A DNA stretch of 64,000 bases from an uncultured Planctomycetota bacterium (GTDB taxonomy: Bacteria > Planctomycetota > Planctomycetia > Isosphaerales > Isosphaeraceae). The notes under the pieces were generated by a model. It saw only the letters and a program-made list of their open reading frames with translations, was not told where the DNA came from and searched no databases. Position 1 is the stretch's first letter. Each line of letters opens with the position of its first letter. The DNA lies in assembly GCA_963823665.1 (NCBI GenBank), contig CAWGMQ010000003.1, forward strand, positions 704,001 through 768,000, in the 5' to 3' direction. A program made the translations under genes and the position numbers. Positions 11,628 through 21,718 of the stretch are shown here, one piece after another.

Positions 11628-12220
11628 ATGAGGCAATTTGTATTCGCGACCGCGGCAGTTTCCATACTCGTCGCTGGCGGTCGCACCACACTGGCAGGCC
11701 AGATCACTTACTCACTCCAAAACTACGCCGCAGACCAGAACGGTTCAACCTTGACGGGGTCGATCACAACCGACGGGAATCTTGGCACATTGACAGCGGC
11801 TGATATCGTCGCATGGACGTGGACGGTTACACCTCCAGTCGGGCGCCTTTCACCCTATCGGGATCGGGAGCCGACAGCATTGTTCAAAATCTCATCGCCA
11901 CAGACACGCAGCTTCTACTTCCAGAAATCCAGACTGAAAATCAAAACTTCGAGCTCGCACTTGTTGGCGGGAACGCCGACCTGCAGTACCGGCGTGACTT
12001 TTTCCACGACGGGGTACCCGATCGATACATTGGCAGCCCCGGTGGTGTCAATTTCTGGGCTACAACCAACCCTGGAATGGGGGGGACCGACCCGTGGGTG
12101 ATCGGTGTGGCTGCGTCGTCTGTTCCCGAACCATCGGGCGCTGTGCTCCTGGGCTTGGGCATCACGGGATTGATCGTCGCCGGCGCGCGGCGCCGATTTA
12201 GCCGGAAGCAATGCAACTGA
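11628..12220 (+). CDS. PEP-CTERM exoprotein, frameshift near 11840
   Basis: Signal peptide MRQFVFATAAVSILV in one frame; C-terminal VPEPSGAVLLGLGITGLIVAGARRR in the next. Confidence 0.85.
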
Positions 12221-12311
12221 TAACCGGGCGCCGGAAGTTATGCCTCCGCGAGGAGCGGGCGACAACGGTCCGAAAGCCCGTCTCGCGCGACCACAACCAG
12301 GAGTTGACCCG

Positions 12312-12656
12312 ATGACGATCCAGCGACGCAATCGCACCCACCGGCTTCAGCTCGAGGCGCTCGACGCCCGGGACGTGCCCTCGGTCGTGAACCCCCATGC
12401 CGGGCTGCTCCGGCCGATGGCTCGGGCAGAGGTCCACAAGGTGGCCAAACACCCCGTGCGGGCGGCCCGAGTCCACGCACCCGCGATCGTGGCCGCCGTG
12501 TCGTCGAGCATCCCACCTGCGGGAAGCTCGCCCGAGCCGATCATCGTCGTCCTCGGCCCGGTGCTCCCCGCCGTGGAGACCGAGGTCCAGGTCCAGATCA
12601 GCCAGCCGATGACGGCGCCAGCCCCGGTCCTGATCGGTTCCATCACGAGCGCCTGA
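12312..12656 (+). CDS. Small Pro/Ala/Val-rich secreted protein with planctomycete export motif
   Basis: MTIQRRNRTHRLQLEALDARDVPS; GGAG upstream. Confidence 0.6.
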   Translation: MTIQRRNRTHRLQLEALDARDVPSVVNPHAGLLRPMARAEVHKVAKHPVRAARVHAPAIVAAVSSSIPPAGSSPEPIIVVLGPVLPAVETEVQVQISQPMTAPAPVLIGSITSA

Positions 12657-12845
12657 CGGCCGGGTTGCCCGTCCTCGGGACGGACCGAGCCGGTCGGCGG
12701 GCTGAGCCCCCTCCTAGGAAAGTCGCGGGCCGATTTGCTGTAGCGATCGGTGGGGCCCGGCTGGCTCGGGCCGCTGCTGGTGTACCGTGGAGGTTTTTGG
12801 GGTGGGCGGGGGTTCGAGTTGACTACCGATGGGCTGCGCTCGACT

Positions 12846-13206
12846 TTATCCCCGGAGGGGCAGGAACACGACGAGCTGGTCGCTGATCTCTTCCTCGAGC
12901 ATGTGCTCTGCGATGAGCAGGATGTCATCGATGGCCGAACCGACGGATTGCTCGTTGGTCGTGACAATGAGGCCGGGCGTTGGCGCTCCCGCCGCGGAGC
13001 GTTGATACGCGAAACCAACAATCGTGTTCCGATCGTTGGTGATCAAGACGCGTTCCTCTGCAGCGGCCCAGGCGAGGACGTCGGGGTCTGGCGTGCCTTC
13101 GGGCAGCGCGTCTTGGGCACGGACCAAGTCGATCTCGGGACGGCGGCGGCGCAGGCCGCGGATGAATTCCACCGTGGACGTCTGCGTCACTGGCGAGTCG
13201 AAGCAT
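12846..13206 (-). CDS. DUF5615 PIN-like toxin, frameshift near 13168
   Basis: MLRLASDADVHG / IRGLRRRRPEIDLVRAQD...DPDVLAWAAAEERVLITNDRNT. Confidence 0.85.
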
Positions 13207-13546
13207 TGGCATTCTCGATGGCACTGCGGCGTGCCAGCAGTGCTTCACGCGAGATGCGCGGTCGCTCGGTCTCGATCTTCGCCCTCAGGGCCTTGGACTC
13301 GGCTTCTCGAGTCTTCAAATAGGCGCGCACTGCGTCGCGGTGCCGGAGGTAATACGCGATGACGTCATGGACGTCGGCGAGCACCAATGTGTCGTAAACG
13401 CGGACGATGTCTTCCGGCGTCATGCCGTTCTCGTATTGCTCGACGACCAGGTCGAGGCTGATCCGACTTTTGCCGACGCGCACGGCGCCCCCCTCGTCTA
13501 CTCGGAGCGGAGGCGGGTCGGCATGGAAAGGAAGCAACTCGTTCAG
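13187..13546 (-). CDS. DUF433 antitoxin-like protein (start approximate)
   Basis: PPLRVDEGGAVRVGKSRISLDLVVEQYENGMTPEDIV...LADVHDVIAYYL; overlaps the DUF5615 gene start. Confidence 0.85.
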   Translation of the reverse strand: MNELLPFHADPPPLRVDEGGAVRVGKSRISLDLVVEQYENGMTPEDIVRVYDTLVLADVHDVIAYYLRHRDAVRAYLKTREAESKALRAKIETERPRISREALLARRSAIENANASTRQ

Positions 13547-14425
13547 TTCACGCTCGTTCGTAGCCCAAGACTCGCCGACATTCAGCCGTTGGGGTCTATC
13601 GTGCGCCTCTGTTAACACTATACACCAAGGCGGTTGGCGACGGTATTTCGGATGGGCGCCGCGCGAAGCTGCGGGCAGGTAAGCGCCCGCCTGGTTCGGC
13701 GCAACCTCAAGAGCGGTTCCTGACGCCTTTGGCCGACTCATAAAGCGCTTGTTTGTGTTGCTCTGCGGTCAGGAGCGGCTCGCCGTCGCCTACAATCCTC
13801 TGAAAAAGTTCAATGGGCACGAAACACGAGCTCGGCCAGTCGCCCAGCTTCCTGCGCCAAACGCAAGGCCTCCACCTGTTTCCAGACGCCGGGATAAATC
13901 CGGTTAAGGTGTTGCAACGTCTGTCAAGGACGATCGCAAATGTCGCTCGTGATCGCGACCCAGGGAAGGCTGGGCAGGTCGGTGCCGGCCTCACACGAAA
14001 CCGAAAACTCGGCCCGGTGGCGATATTTTCGCGCGAACTTCAGGAAGTTCCATAAGGGCAGGTCGTAGCGGGTGGCTGCGCGGGCGTCCGGTTGACGGTT
14101 AAGCGCCCTCGCCGAATGGGTTTCCCGTGTTGCATTCGATCTCCGTTTACCTGTCTTGGTTCACCGTGAAATGGAATTTCGTCCGATTGGCGTAAATGAA
14201 TGGGGAACGGCATCGTGGCCTGGATGTCGCGGCATCGTGCCGCGAAGGTTTGTCGCATTGGTGCCAATCCCGGAGCTGTCGTGCTGCGATCGAGGAGAGA
14301 GCGCAGAGCCGAGGTATGCTCGGCTCTGGCTCCGGTCTTGGCCCCTGGCTCGGCGCTCGGGGTGCTCCTCAGCAGTGCCCTATCCTCCGCCCAGGTCAAC
14401 ATCGTTTGTAGCTCGTCCGCGATCT

Positions 14426-15412
14426 TCACGCAACCTCTTGTGACCCGTGTCTAACTGTTGCTCGACGCTCGCGCGCCTCCTCCAGCTTGCGGTCACGCTC
14501 AGCGAAGATTTCTTTTTCCAGCCCGATCAACTTGTCGGCTGGGGTCAAATAACCTAACGCGCTATGCAACCGTATATTATTATAGTGATCCACATATGAT
14601 GCAATTCGACGTAGAGCCTCATCGAACGAAGACACCGCCGCTGGCCGTACGCACTCGCGTTTCAAACTGCCGTGCCAGCGCTCAAGCTTTCCGTTCGATT
14701 GCGGATAATACGGGCTCGTCCGAACGTGCGTTATGCCCGTCAGCCGGATGAATTCCTTGAAATCCCGGGCAATGAACTGCGGGCCATTGTCACTGATGAT
14801 CCGTGGCTTTTCTCCTGGATGCCGCTCCAACGCCCGCTGGATGATTGTCTCGACTTCGCGCTCGGTCATGCTCTCACGAATCTCCCAGTGCACAATGTAT
14901 CGGCTGCAACCGTCCAGCACGCTCGTCAGGTAGTAAAACGTCCCCGAGACGTTGATGTAAGAGATGTCCACATGCCAGTGTTCATGAGGCACCAGTGGTT
15001 GCACGAAGCCGGTTCCCTTCTTCGACGGTGAGAACCGCCTGCGATCGAGCCGGTTCGCTTGCTTGAGCACGCGATAGACGCTCGCTGGGCTGACGGCCAC
15101 CACGTCGTCGTCGAGCATCATGAAGGTCAAGCGGCGATATCCTTCGAGAGGATGGCGATCGTGAAAATCGACGATGGCTCGTTTTTCCCAGTCCTCGAGC
15201 CACCAATCGCGCGGGACCTTGCCGTTGTGCTCGTTGACTTTGCCGTAACGGTGCTTCCAGTCGTGGAACTTACTTGTGCCCAGGCCGAGCCAACTCAGGA
15301 GCTGACGAGCCGGAAGCTCCGTGCGGTCGACCCAATGCTTGACGTAGTCGACGACCTGGTCACGCGTGTCGTGGGGAACCCAGGCTCCGTTCAGAGTTCC
15401 CCAAGTTCTTTT
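14426..15412 (-). CDS. IS3 OrfB DDE transposase (rve integrase core)
   Basis: WHVDISY...ISDNGPQF...SPYYPQSNGKLERWH...YNNIRLHSALGYLTP. The frame is open upstream to the A7G slippery site at 15408-15415. Confidence 0.92.
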   Translation of the reverse strand, partial: KRTWGTLNGAWVPHDTRDQVVDYVKHWVDRTELPARQLLSWLGLGTSKFHDWKHRYGKVNEHNGKVPRDWWLEDWEKRAIVDFHDRHPLEGYRRLTFMMLDDDVVAVSPASVYRVLKQANRLDRRRFSPSKKGTGFVQPLVPHEHWHVDISYINVSGTFYYLTSVLDGCSRYIVHWEIRESMTEREVETIIQRALERHPGEKPRIISDNGPQFIARDFKEFIRLTGITHVRTSPYYPQSNGKLERWHGSLKRECVRPAAVSSFDEALRRIASYVDHYNNIRLHSALGYLTPADKLIGLEKEIFAERDRKLEEARERRATVRHGSQEVA

Positions 15413-15708
15413 TTTAGCTGGACGTGCTCCTGCATCAGCTCGGCGATGACCTCGTTCTTCTTGACGAGACTGGATTGGAGCCGCTCGACGAGCTTCGCTT
15501 GAAGCCGCTCTGCGCGGGGCGGACGGCCTGCTGCGCGCTCCAAAGCATGCTCGGCCTGGTCGAGTACCTGCTTAATCCAGTTGTGGATCTGGCTGGGTTG
15601 AAGGCCGAACTCATCGGCCAAGTTGGAAACAGGCTCTTTGCCACTGATATGGCGACGGACGATTTGAGCCTTTTGCGGCGCTGAGAAATGCCGGCGCGAC
15701 TGTCTCAT
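15391..15708 (-). CDS. IS3 OrfA HTH protein
   Basis: MRQSRRHFSAPQKAQIVRRH...VSNLADEFGLQPSQIHNW...QLKKELGEL. Confidence 0.9.
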   Translation of the reverse strand: MRQSRRHFSAPQKAQIVRRHISGKEPVSNLADEFGLQPSQIHNWIKQVLDQAEHALERAAGRPPRAERLQAKLVERLQSSLVKKNEVIAELMQEHVQLKKELGEL

Positions 15709-15820
15709 GGAACTCACCTCCGATAGGGTTAATTATAACCCAACCGGCGCGACATTCTATTTTCAGGTGAGGCAGGACAGTTGCACCCACCGAAGAACCA
15801 ACACCTTTACACGGCGCACA

Positions 15821-15845
15821 CTAATCGCGTCCCGGTTTCCGTCCC
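15821..15845 (-). repeat. Solo copy of the RAYT-flanking motif
   Basis: CTAATCGCGTCCCGGTTTCCGTCCC. Confidence 0.8.
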
Positions 15846-16133
15846 CTTGGCGAATCCACGCTTGCGCGTTGGAGTTGAATTACTGGCAGTCGGCAACGTC
15901 TCGACTGAAGGTCATGTCGAACTCGATCAGTCGTGTTCTTTGGTAGCCCGTGCTTCAGTGTGCGCGAACCGATCTTGCCATGCGGGATGCTTAGTTCCGT
16001 GATCCGGTGGCCAGTCTTGTAGTTAAGCTCCTGTGCGAAACGATGGGCGCAATCTTCTGCATCGGCGGCGGGCTCTGGGTCGGCTTTTCTGCGATTTCGA
16101 GAGGATGGCATGGAGGCAGACAAGGCGCAATGC

Positions 16134-17978
16134 TTAGGGTATGAAGCCCTTGCGTCCCTTGCCATCGCTGCCCGTGAAACGATACCCCGGCAACAGGTCA
16201 ATGATATTCGCCGGGGGCTCTTTGTTCTCGAAAATGATGACCTGAAATATCGGGGGGATCTGCAGCAATGATTCGAAGAAGCCAATTTTTATATCTTCTG
16301 ACACCTCCATGTAGTCCTTTTCTTTATAGGACGTTAGTGGAGAGTCGAGCATGACTAAGCCGGAGTGACTCAGTGGACTATGGCTGCAACGGGTCATTAC
16401 GCCGAGAGTGAAAGCCGAATGCAGGACGGCCCGGATGCCCTTTCCACGATTTCGTCGCGGCTCGCCTCTTACCACCAGATCCATCTCATCATCGAACGTC
16501 ACAGATCCGTCTTTCATATACCGCCAGGCTCGCAGGATTTCGGCTACCTCGGCGGCGAGGTGGTAAAGGTTCCCTGGATCGGGATTGGGTGATGGCCGCG
16601 GCGCAGCGCCCTTGCGTTTTTGTCTCGGCTCCTTGCCGATCGCCAAATGCCGATCGCTGAGCATAGCTAGCCGGTCAACCGCGGACTTTTGAGCGACCAG
16701 CTCTCCTCTGAGTTCGACCAGTTCCGCCAACTCCTTTTTGTCCTCTACGAGTCGGGGTTCCAACTCATGGCGAATGGATTTCTCGGCTTCGGAAATCGCC
16801 CTGTCGTGTTGAGATAGATGCGTACCCAACTCGCCACGCTCGCCTGACAGCGACTTCATTGTGTCTTCGAGGTCGCGGAGATTGGCGGCGATCTTCTCGA
16901 CTTCTTCGGCTGCCGCCTCCTGGATGCTGCCGTTGGCGGCTTCTTCCTTGAGCCTATCGACCGAATGTTGCTCCAGTGGATCGCCACAGAACGGGCAATG
17001 GGGCAGACCGAGCTGGGCCAGAAAGAAGTCTCCCTCGGCGATGAATTGCAGCCGGTCCATATCCGACTTGTAGTGCCGTCGCAATTGCGCGAAGCGATCC
17101 TGCAACTGGCCGATGACCGCGAGCCTGGTTCTTGCCTTCTGGGCACCCTCCCAGCTCCTTTGTCTGGTTCCCATCATGGTCGAGATGATCTGGCTACTTT
17201 CCTCGATTTTGGAGTTAACCATTACGATGCGGACATCAATTGCGGCTATCTTTTCGGCGAACTGAGAGGATGGCGGCGGATCTTCTCCGACTTCCGTTCT
17301 GAGTTCTGTGATCAGTTGCTCATAGAGCTCGTTCTTGCCTCGCCACGTTGCCCTTTCAATCTTCGTATCCGGGGCAGCGATCACCCCTTTCCAGTCCTGT
17401 CCTGAAATCAGGTAGGAGAAGGTCGCCAATTCTGCGGTAAGCGAATCGCGTTGCCCCGTTGGGTATACCGGTGGAAGTTCGGCAATGATACGCACCTCAT
17501 CGACGAACGTGATGTGCGCGACGTCCCTGAAACTGATGGAGCGGGTCAGCCCCTTTTCCTTGCCTATCAATATGATAGCTTTGTCCAGGCCTGAAGCAGC
17601 CAATAACATATGAGAGATAGTGTCGGTTCGGTCGTGCTTGTGCTCGGCAAGCAGCGTTTTGCTATCGGTGATCTCCCAGGAATCAGGCTCTACGGAATGG
17701 AGATTAAATTCGCCACCCCGGATTCCTCGTTCGAGGATGAATCGTTCGCGCGTGTTTCTCAAGGTGATGGCGAGCCATCCCGACTCATAACCATTTAGTT
17801 CCGCAATTCTCTTGGGCGGCTTCGATCCGCCGAGCATGAAATCTATGGAAGAAAATATAAAGCTTTTTCCAGTTTCTGATGCGCCCCAGATAACATTCAA
17901 TCCGGGCTCGAAATGAACTTCGGCCGGTTTTACTTTCGGGCCAGTCAATCGCAACCAGTTGAGGATGAAGCCATTCAT
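16134..17978 (-). CDS. lmuB: SMC/Rad50-like ABC ATPase of an ABC-three-component (Lamassu LmuB-like) system
   Basis: Walker A GASETGKS, coiled coil with CPFC hook, GKGIRA signature region, Walker B VMLDSP, IFEN. ATGA overlap with the upstream gene. Confidence 0.85.
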   Translation of the reverse strand: MNGFILNWLRLTGPKVKPAEVHFEPGLNVIWGASETGKSFIFSSIDFMLGGSKPPKRIAELNGYESGWLAITLRNTRERFILERGIRGGEFNLHSVEPDSWEITDSKTLLAEHKHDRTDTISHMLLAASGLDKAIILIGKEKGLTRSISFRDVAHITFVDEVRIIAELPPVYPTGQRDSLTAELATFSYLISGQDWKGVIAAPDTKIERATWRGKNELYEQLITELRTEVGEDPPPSSQFAEKIAAIDVRIVMVNSKIEESSQIISTMMGTRQRSWEGAQKARTRLAVIGQLQDRFAQLRRHYKSDMDRLQFIAEGDFFLAQLGLPHCPFCGDPLEQHSVDRLKEEAANGSIQEAAAEEVEKIAANLRDLEDTMKSLSGERGELGTHLSQHDRAISEAEKSIRHELEPRLVEDKKELAELVELRGELVAQKSAVDRLAMLSDRHLAIGKEPRQKRKGAAPRPSPNPDPGNLYHLAAEVAEILRAWRYMKDGSVTFDDEMDLVVRGEPRRNRGKGIRAVLHSAFTLGVMTRCSHSPLSHSGLVMLDSPLTSYKEKDYMEVSEDIKIGFFESLLQIPPIFQVIIFENKEPPANIIDLLPGYRFTGSDGKGRKGFIP

Positions 17979-18475
17979 TCGACTTCCTCCCACAGCCACG
18001 ATTCTCGGGTGAATTCAGTGCCCCAGCGACCGAGGTTCTCGCGGATGAATCCTCTCAGTTCGTCGTCGGATAGCGGTTGGAAGCGTTGTGAGATCCACTT
18101 GCTGATCTCGCCGCATCGCACTGCGTAAGCGGACTGGAAATAGCCGAGGACAGGCTTGGCGTGCGACGTAGCTTCGAAGAGAATCCCTTTGGGCGTGAAG
18201 GACTTCGTCACCAAACCTTTACGGATCATTAGTTGGAGGCCATGACCAACGAGGTTCCGGCGAACCAGTAGCTCTCCGGACCGGAGCGGTGTCGCCGGGT
18301 GCAACGACGCCGGACCCGATGGCACGTCCTCCGAATGAACAAGGAGATAATCGTAAATTACGAGCCTCTGCAGGTCACACGCGAGGGGATGCACAGCGTC
18401 GAGTACAAAGAGCGCGCGCAAGCCGGATTCGATGGGCGTGTTGAACAGGTTTTGAGCGGTAGGTGGTGTGCTCAT
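17975..18475 (-). CDS. lmuC: ABC-3C middle component (MC2-like; LmuC-like)
   Basis: FNTPIESGLRAL...DLQRLVIYDYLLVHSED...SLHPATPLRSGELLVRR. ATGA overlaps on both sides. Confidence 0.82.
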   Translation of the reverse strand: MSTPPTAQNLFNTPIESGLRALFVLDAVHPLACDLQRLVIYDYLLVHSEDVPSGPASLHPATPLRSGELLVRRNLVGHGLQLMIRKGLVTKSFTPKGILFEATSHAKPVLGYFQSAYAVRCGEISKWISQRFQPLSDDELRGFIRENLGRWGTEFTRESWLWEEVE

Positions 18476-19611
18476 TCCGGCACCCAGGTCAGTTTGTCGT
18501 CGTTGGCGAGCTGGTGACAAACCCCTTTCAGCACTTTCGTATTGACGTAGGATTGCAGAGGATGGTCCTGGACCACATAGTTCCCGGCGTGGTTAGTGAC
18601 GGCATCGACCCTCGCTAGTCCGTGGGCGTGTGACTTGTCCTCAGCGATATCGACGACCGCGTCGAAAACCTGGTCCTGCACCTGCTCGAAAGTGACCCCC
18701 TCGGGCAAGTTATCCCGGACATCCAGACGGAGCGTCTCAGCACAGAAATACCGTTCACGGGAACGCTCGAGATGCCTTTGCTGGCTGCCGTTCAACGTGG
18801 CCAGTGTGGTCGTATGCCCTGAATGATCCTGATAAGCACAAATCAGCTTTTCCACGTATCGCTGTTCGTGATCAGCGATCGTGGCGGGCGGCTTAAGCTC
18901 CGGCGAGCGTTCAATAACTAGGCCGCCGCCGAATCTTGGAGCATATCTGATCGTGGTTTTGTGCTCGGCTATAACCTCGTGAATGGGCTTGTAGGAAATA
19001 ACGGCGAAATTGAAATTCTTGACATGATCCAACAAATCCCCTTCGAGCTTGATTGGCAACGTCTTCGTGATGCTCTCCGCAATCCTTTCAGCCCAAACGC
19101 TCATTACCTTGGCACGAAGCGTTTCGGGTCGTTCGAACAACCGCCCTAATTCGGGGCCAACGTCATAGGGGCAGACAAATCTGTACAGCTCGGGCACGGC
19201 GAATGTCTTAATGAACGTATAGTAGAGCAGTTTGCCAATCTCGCCCCACACCTCCCCGGGCTGGAGTCCGTGCCCATAATGTTTGCACTGGAAAATGTCG
19301 AGCCTTCCGTTGCTTTCGACCGGGTCAAGATACCCGACGACGTCTCGGCCCATGTCTCCCGCTCCACCGAAGCGCCCGACTTGCACATACCGTTTATCCG
19401 CAAGTTGACCGCGATAGAATGCCCATTCCCGTATAAAGTTCTCGAATTCATCTTCTGAGTACCCTTTTACCCGCTGCTCCGGATCTACTGGGGGCCCATG
19501 CAAAATGTACTCGATCGGACAGGGGTTCTCCGGTGCTTTTGGCAATACCGGGGTAAACACTGGGAAACCCGTGACCGGCTTTGCGGCCTTTGACTTACTC
19601 ATGCCCGCCAT
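18472..19611 (-). CDS. lmuA: Mrr/restriction-endonuclease-like effector with ABC-3C C-terminal domain (LmuA-like)
   Basis: EFENFIREW...GGAGDMGRDVVG...IFQCKHY nuclease motif; C-terminal KGVCHQLANDDKLTW. Confidence 0.82.
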   Translation of the reverse strand: MAGMSKSKAAKPVTGFPVFTPVLPKAPENPCPIEYILHGPPVDPEQRVKGYSEDEFENFIREWAFYRGQLADKRYVQVGRFGGAGDMGRDVVGYLDPVESNGRLDIFQCKHYGHGLQPGEVWGEIGKLLYYTFIKTFAVPELYRFVCPYDVGPELGRLFERPETLRAKVMSVWAERIAESITKTLPIKLEGDLLDHVKNFNFAVISYKPIHEVIAEHKTTIRYAPRFGGGLVIERSPELKPPATIADHEQRYVEKLICAYQDHSGHTTTLATLNGSQQRHLERSRERYFCAETLRLDVRDNLPEGVTFEQVQDQVFDAVVDIAEDKSHAHGLARVDAVTNHAGNYVVQDHPLQSYVNTKVLKGVCHQLANDDKLTWVPE

Positions 19612-19644
19612 CCGATCGGACCCGTCTTTGCGTTGGTCCGCCTC

Positions 19645-19672
19645 GTTATACTGTTAAACAGGATGGAATCAA
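19645..19672 (-). promoter_or_regulatory. Candidate sigma70 promoter of the defence operon
   Basis: Minus strand TTGATT-N16-TATAAC, 34 bp upstream of the effector start. Confidence 0.45.
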
Positions 19673-20350
19673 GCGTCGGACGCCGAAGTTGGCCGAGCGG
19701 TAATTCGGCGGCCGCCGAGGCGTTCGTTGAAGATTCCTGTGCAGCGACCATTTCAAGGTGTCGCGCATTCGCACAGGATTGCAGAACGGTCGGCCGGTGT
19801 CCAGGGGTTCACAAACGGAATGCAATCAGGTAGGTGAGCGTTGCCTCCGGTCGAATACATCAAGATTCCTTCGACGCTGTTCTCGCCACGACGTCGCTTA
19901 GCTCGTTGATTCCATGCCCATGATCTCGGCAGAGGTCAACCATACGGCAAGGAGGCTTGGCGAAGGCGCACTGGTCTCACGACTGACGGCAGACTCGATG
20001 TACCGAGCTGGCGGCAGCCCCATAAGGGAACCAAACAACGTTTCGTGACAGGTCTTCCTCGCACAAGAGAAACAGTCGTTTAATCGGATTCCGAGAAATC
20101 GATGCAATTGGCGATTCGGAACGAGTGAGAATTCAGCTACGGAAACCGACCTACCGATGTTTCCGTCAGTTCCGACGTTGGGTCGGGGGGCGCCGTTGAA
20201 ACGGCGTCGCTGCCAGATTACTATCGCGATTATACCGGAAGGGGATGAGCGAGCTTCCGTTGAACTCGTCCGTCAACGGCCAATCCCCCGACACGTCCAT
20301 CGCAAGGAGTGCGCCTTAGACCACGTCGCTGTGGTACGGTGAAGTCACAG

Positions 20351-21718
20351 ATGCCTGCCTTTATCAAGTACACTGTCTTTCTTTCTTCCACTCACGACGA
20401 CCTCAAGCAGGAGCGTGAACAGGTGGCTGATGCCATTCTGAAATTGGGTCATATCCCTTGTGGCATGGAACAGTTTTCCGCAGGTTCGGGTCGTGGCTGG
20501 AATGTCATTACGCAAACGATCGACATTTGTGACTACTACGTCCTAATAGTCGCGGGGAGGTACGGCACACTGTTTCCTGGCGAGACGGTGAGCTGGACGG
20601 AAAAGGAGTACAACTACGCGCGCAGCCGTGGCTTAGATCCGCTCGCGTTCGTGCGGCACAAAGAGCATATCATTGGTTCACGCATGGACGATGAGCCGTC
20701 CGCAATGAAGCGCCGACAGGCGTTCACCCGAAGAATAGACGACGAGTGCCGTCGCGAGCTTTGGACAACCAGTGACGACCTGTGCGTACGAGTAACGATG
20801 GCATTGACGAAGCAGATCGCCGACGATCAGCGACTTGGCAAGAACAAACCTGGATGGTTCCGAGGCGACGACCTTCCCGGAAATGCGCAGGTGACGAACG
20901 AGCTCGCGCGACTTTCAGCGGAGAATGCAGAGCTTAGAGCAGCTCTCGCGCGCGCTCTGAAACCGCTGAAGCCAAATCTAGTGATTCAGACGCGCCAGGG
21001 CGATCCCATTCCGGAGAAACTCGATCTCGAGCTCGTCGAGTATTCTCTGACTCAGCCGGAGCCAGTGATAGAAGCGGCGACAGACCAGGAAATCCTAAGG
21101 GATTGGCGCCGGAAAATGGCTGGTTCTGACCAAGCGGCAGAGCCAGTTCCCGAGGAAGAAATGGAGCGTCTGCGTCAAGCATCCAGGGCACGAGCTCTAA
21201 AAGCTGAGGATAGGGCGCGGCGGCTTGGCGAATGGGCGGGCGAGCTTTCTCGCCTGTTCTGGATCCGCCTGCAAGTCGCAAATCTGGGTCCAGTTCCAGC
21301 TCGGGACGTTCGGGTTCGAATCGCTGTCTCTCCAAGTGAGTTTGTCGCCTTTGGTCCACTGAACGGTTTTAGTGCCTACAATCCCTCGATAGGGATTACG
21401 GATGACCAGAAGGCTGACGGCATCGGCTCGGTGCTGACAGTGTCTGATTCGGAAGCTGAGGAGACAGTGTTTTTGCACACGCTAGTCAGCGTGGGGGTTG
21501 AACGTACGGAGTTGCTTTGGGCCATGGGCTTCTTGTCCAGCGGCGATCTCGTTGCAGGCCACATTGTGTCGGTAAGTGTTAGCATCGATGAGGAATCAGG
21601 CGTGAGGACCGACGGACATTTTCAGATGCGATTGTTCAAGGGTGCAACCTGGTTCGGTGATGGTTCAGCAATTCGCGATCATGCTGATAGTTCTAGGGCA
21701 ATGTTGAAAAAGCAGTGA
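20351..21718 (+). CDS. DUF4062 domain protein with coiled coil and unrecognised C-terminal domain
   Basis: KYTVFLSSTHDDLKQERE...PCGME...IDICDYYVLIVAGRYG...SWTEKEYNYA. Confidence 0.85.
   Translation: MPAFIKYTVFLSSTHDDLKQEREQVADAILKLGHIPCGMEQFSAGSGRGWNVITQTIDICDYYVLIVAGRYGTLFPGETVSWTEKEYNYARSRGLDPLAFVRHKEHIIGSRMDDEPSAMKRRQAFTRRIDDECRRELWTTSDDLCVRVTMALTKQIADDQRLGKNKPGWFRGDDLPGNAQVTNELARLSAENAELRAALARALKPLKPNLVIQTRQGDPIPEKLDLELVEYSLTQPEPVIEAATDQEILRDWRRKMAGSDQAAEPVPEEEMERLRQASRARALKAEDRARRLGEWAGELSRLFWIRLQVANLGPVPARDVRVRIAVSPSEFVAFGPLNGFSAYNPSIGITDDQKADGIGSVLTVSDSEAEETVFLHTLVSVGVERTELLWAMGFLSSGDLVAGHIVSVSVSIDEESGVRTDGHFQMRLFKGATWFGDGSAIRDHADSSRAMLKKQ

Larger units (their letters stand above)
14152..15779 (-). 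mobile_element. IS3-family insertion sequence, about 1.63 kb
   Basis: Terminal IRs TGTCTTGGTTCACCGTGAAATGGAATTTCG (14152) and TGTCCTGCCTCACCTGAAAATAGAATGTCG (reverse complement ending 15779) match 22/30. It carries orfA and orfB; no target duplication was seen. Confidence 0.85.

Noticed and set aside
13670..13705. attC-like GCCGAAC ends after stop codons (also near 21756)
   Set aside because: No complete R''/R' pairing could be drawn and there is no integron integrase in the window.
15408..15415. orfA/orfB frame break as a sequencing error
   Set aside because: It is the standard IS3 A7G programmed -1 frameshift signal.
19700..20340. Extra gene between the defence operon and DUF4062
   Set aside because: Only short ORFs with no recognisable motif.
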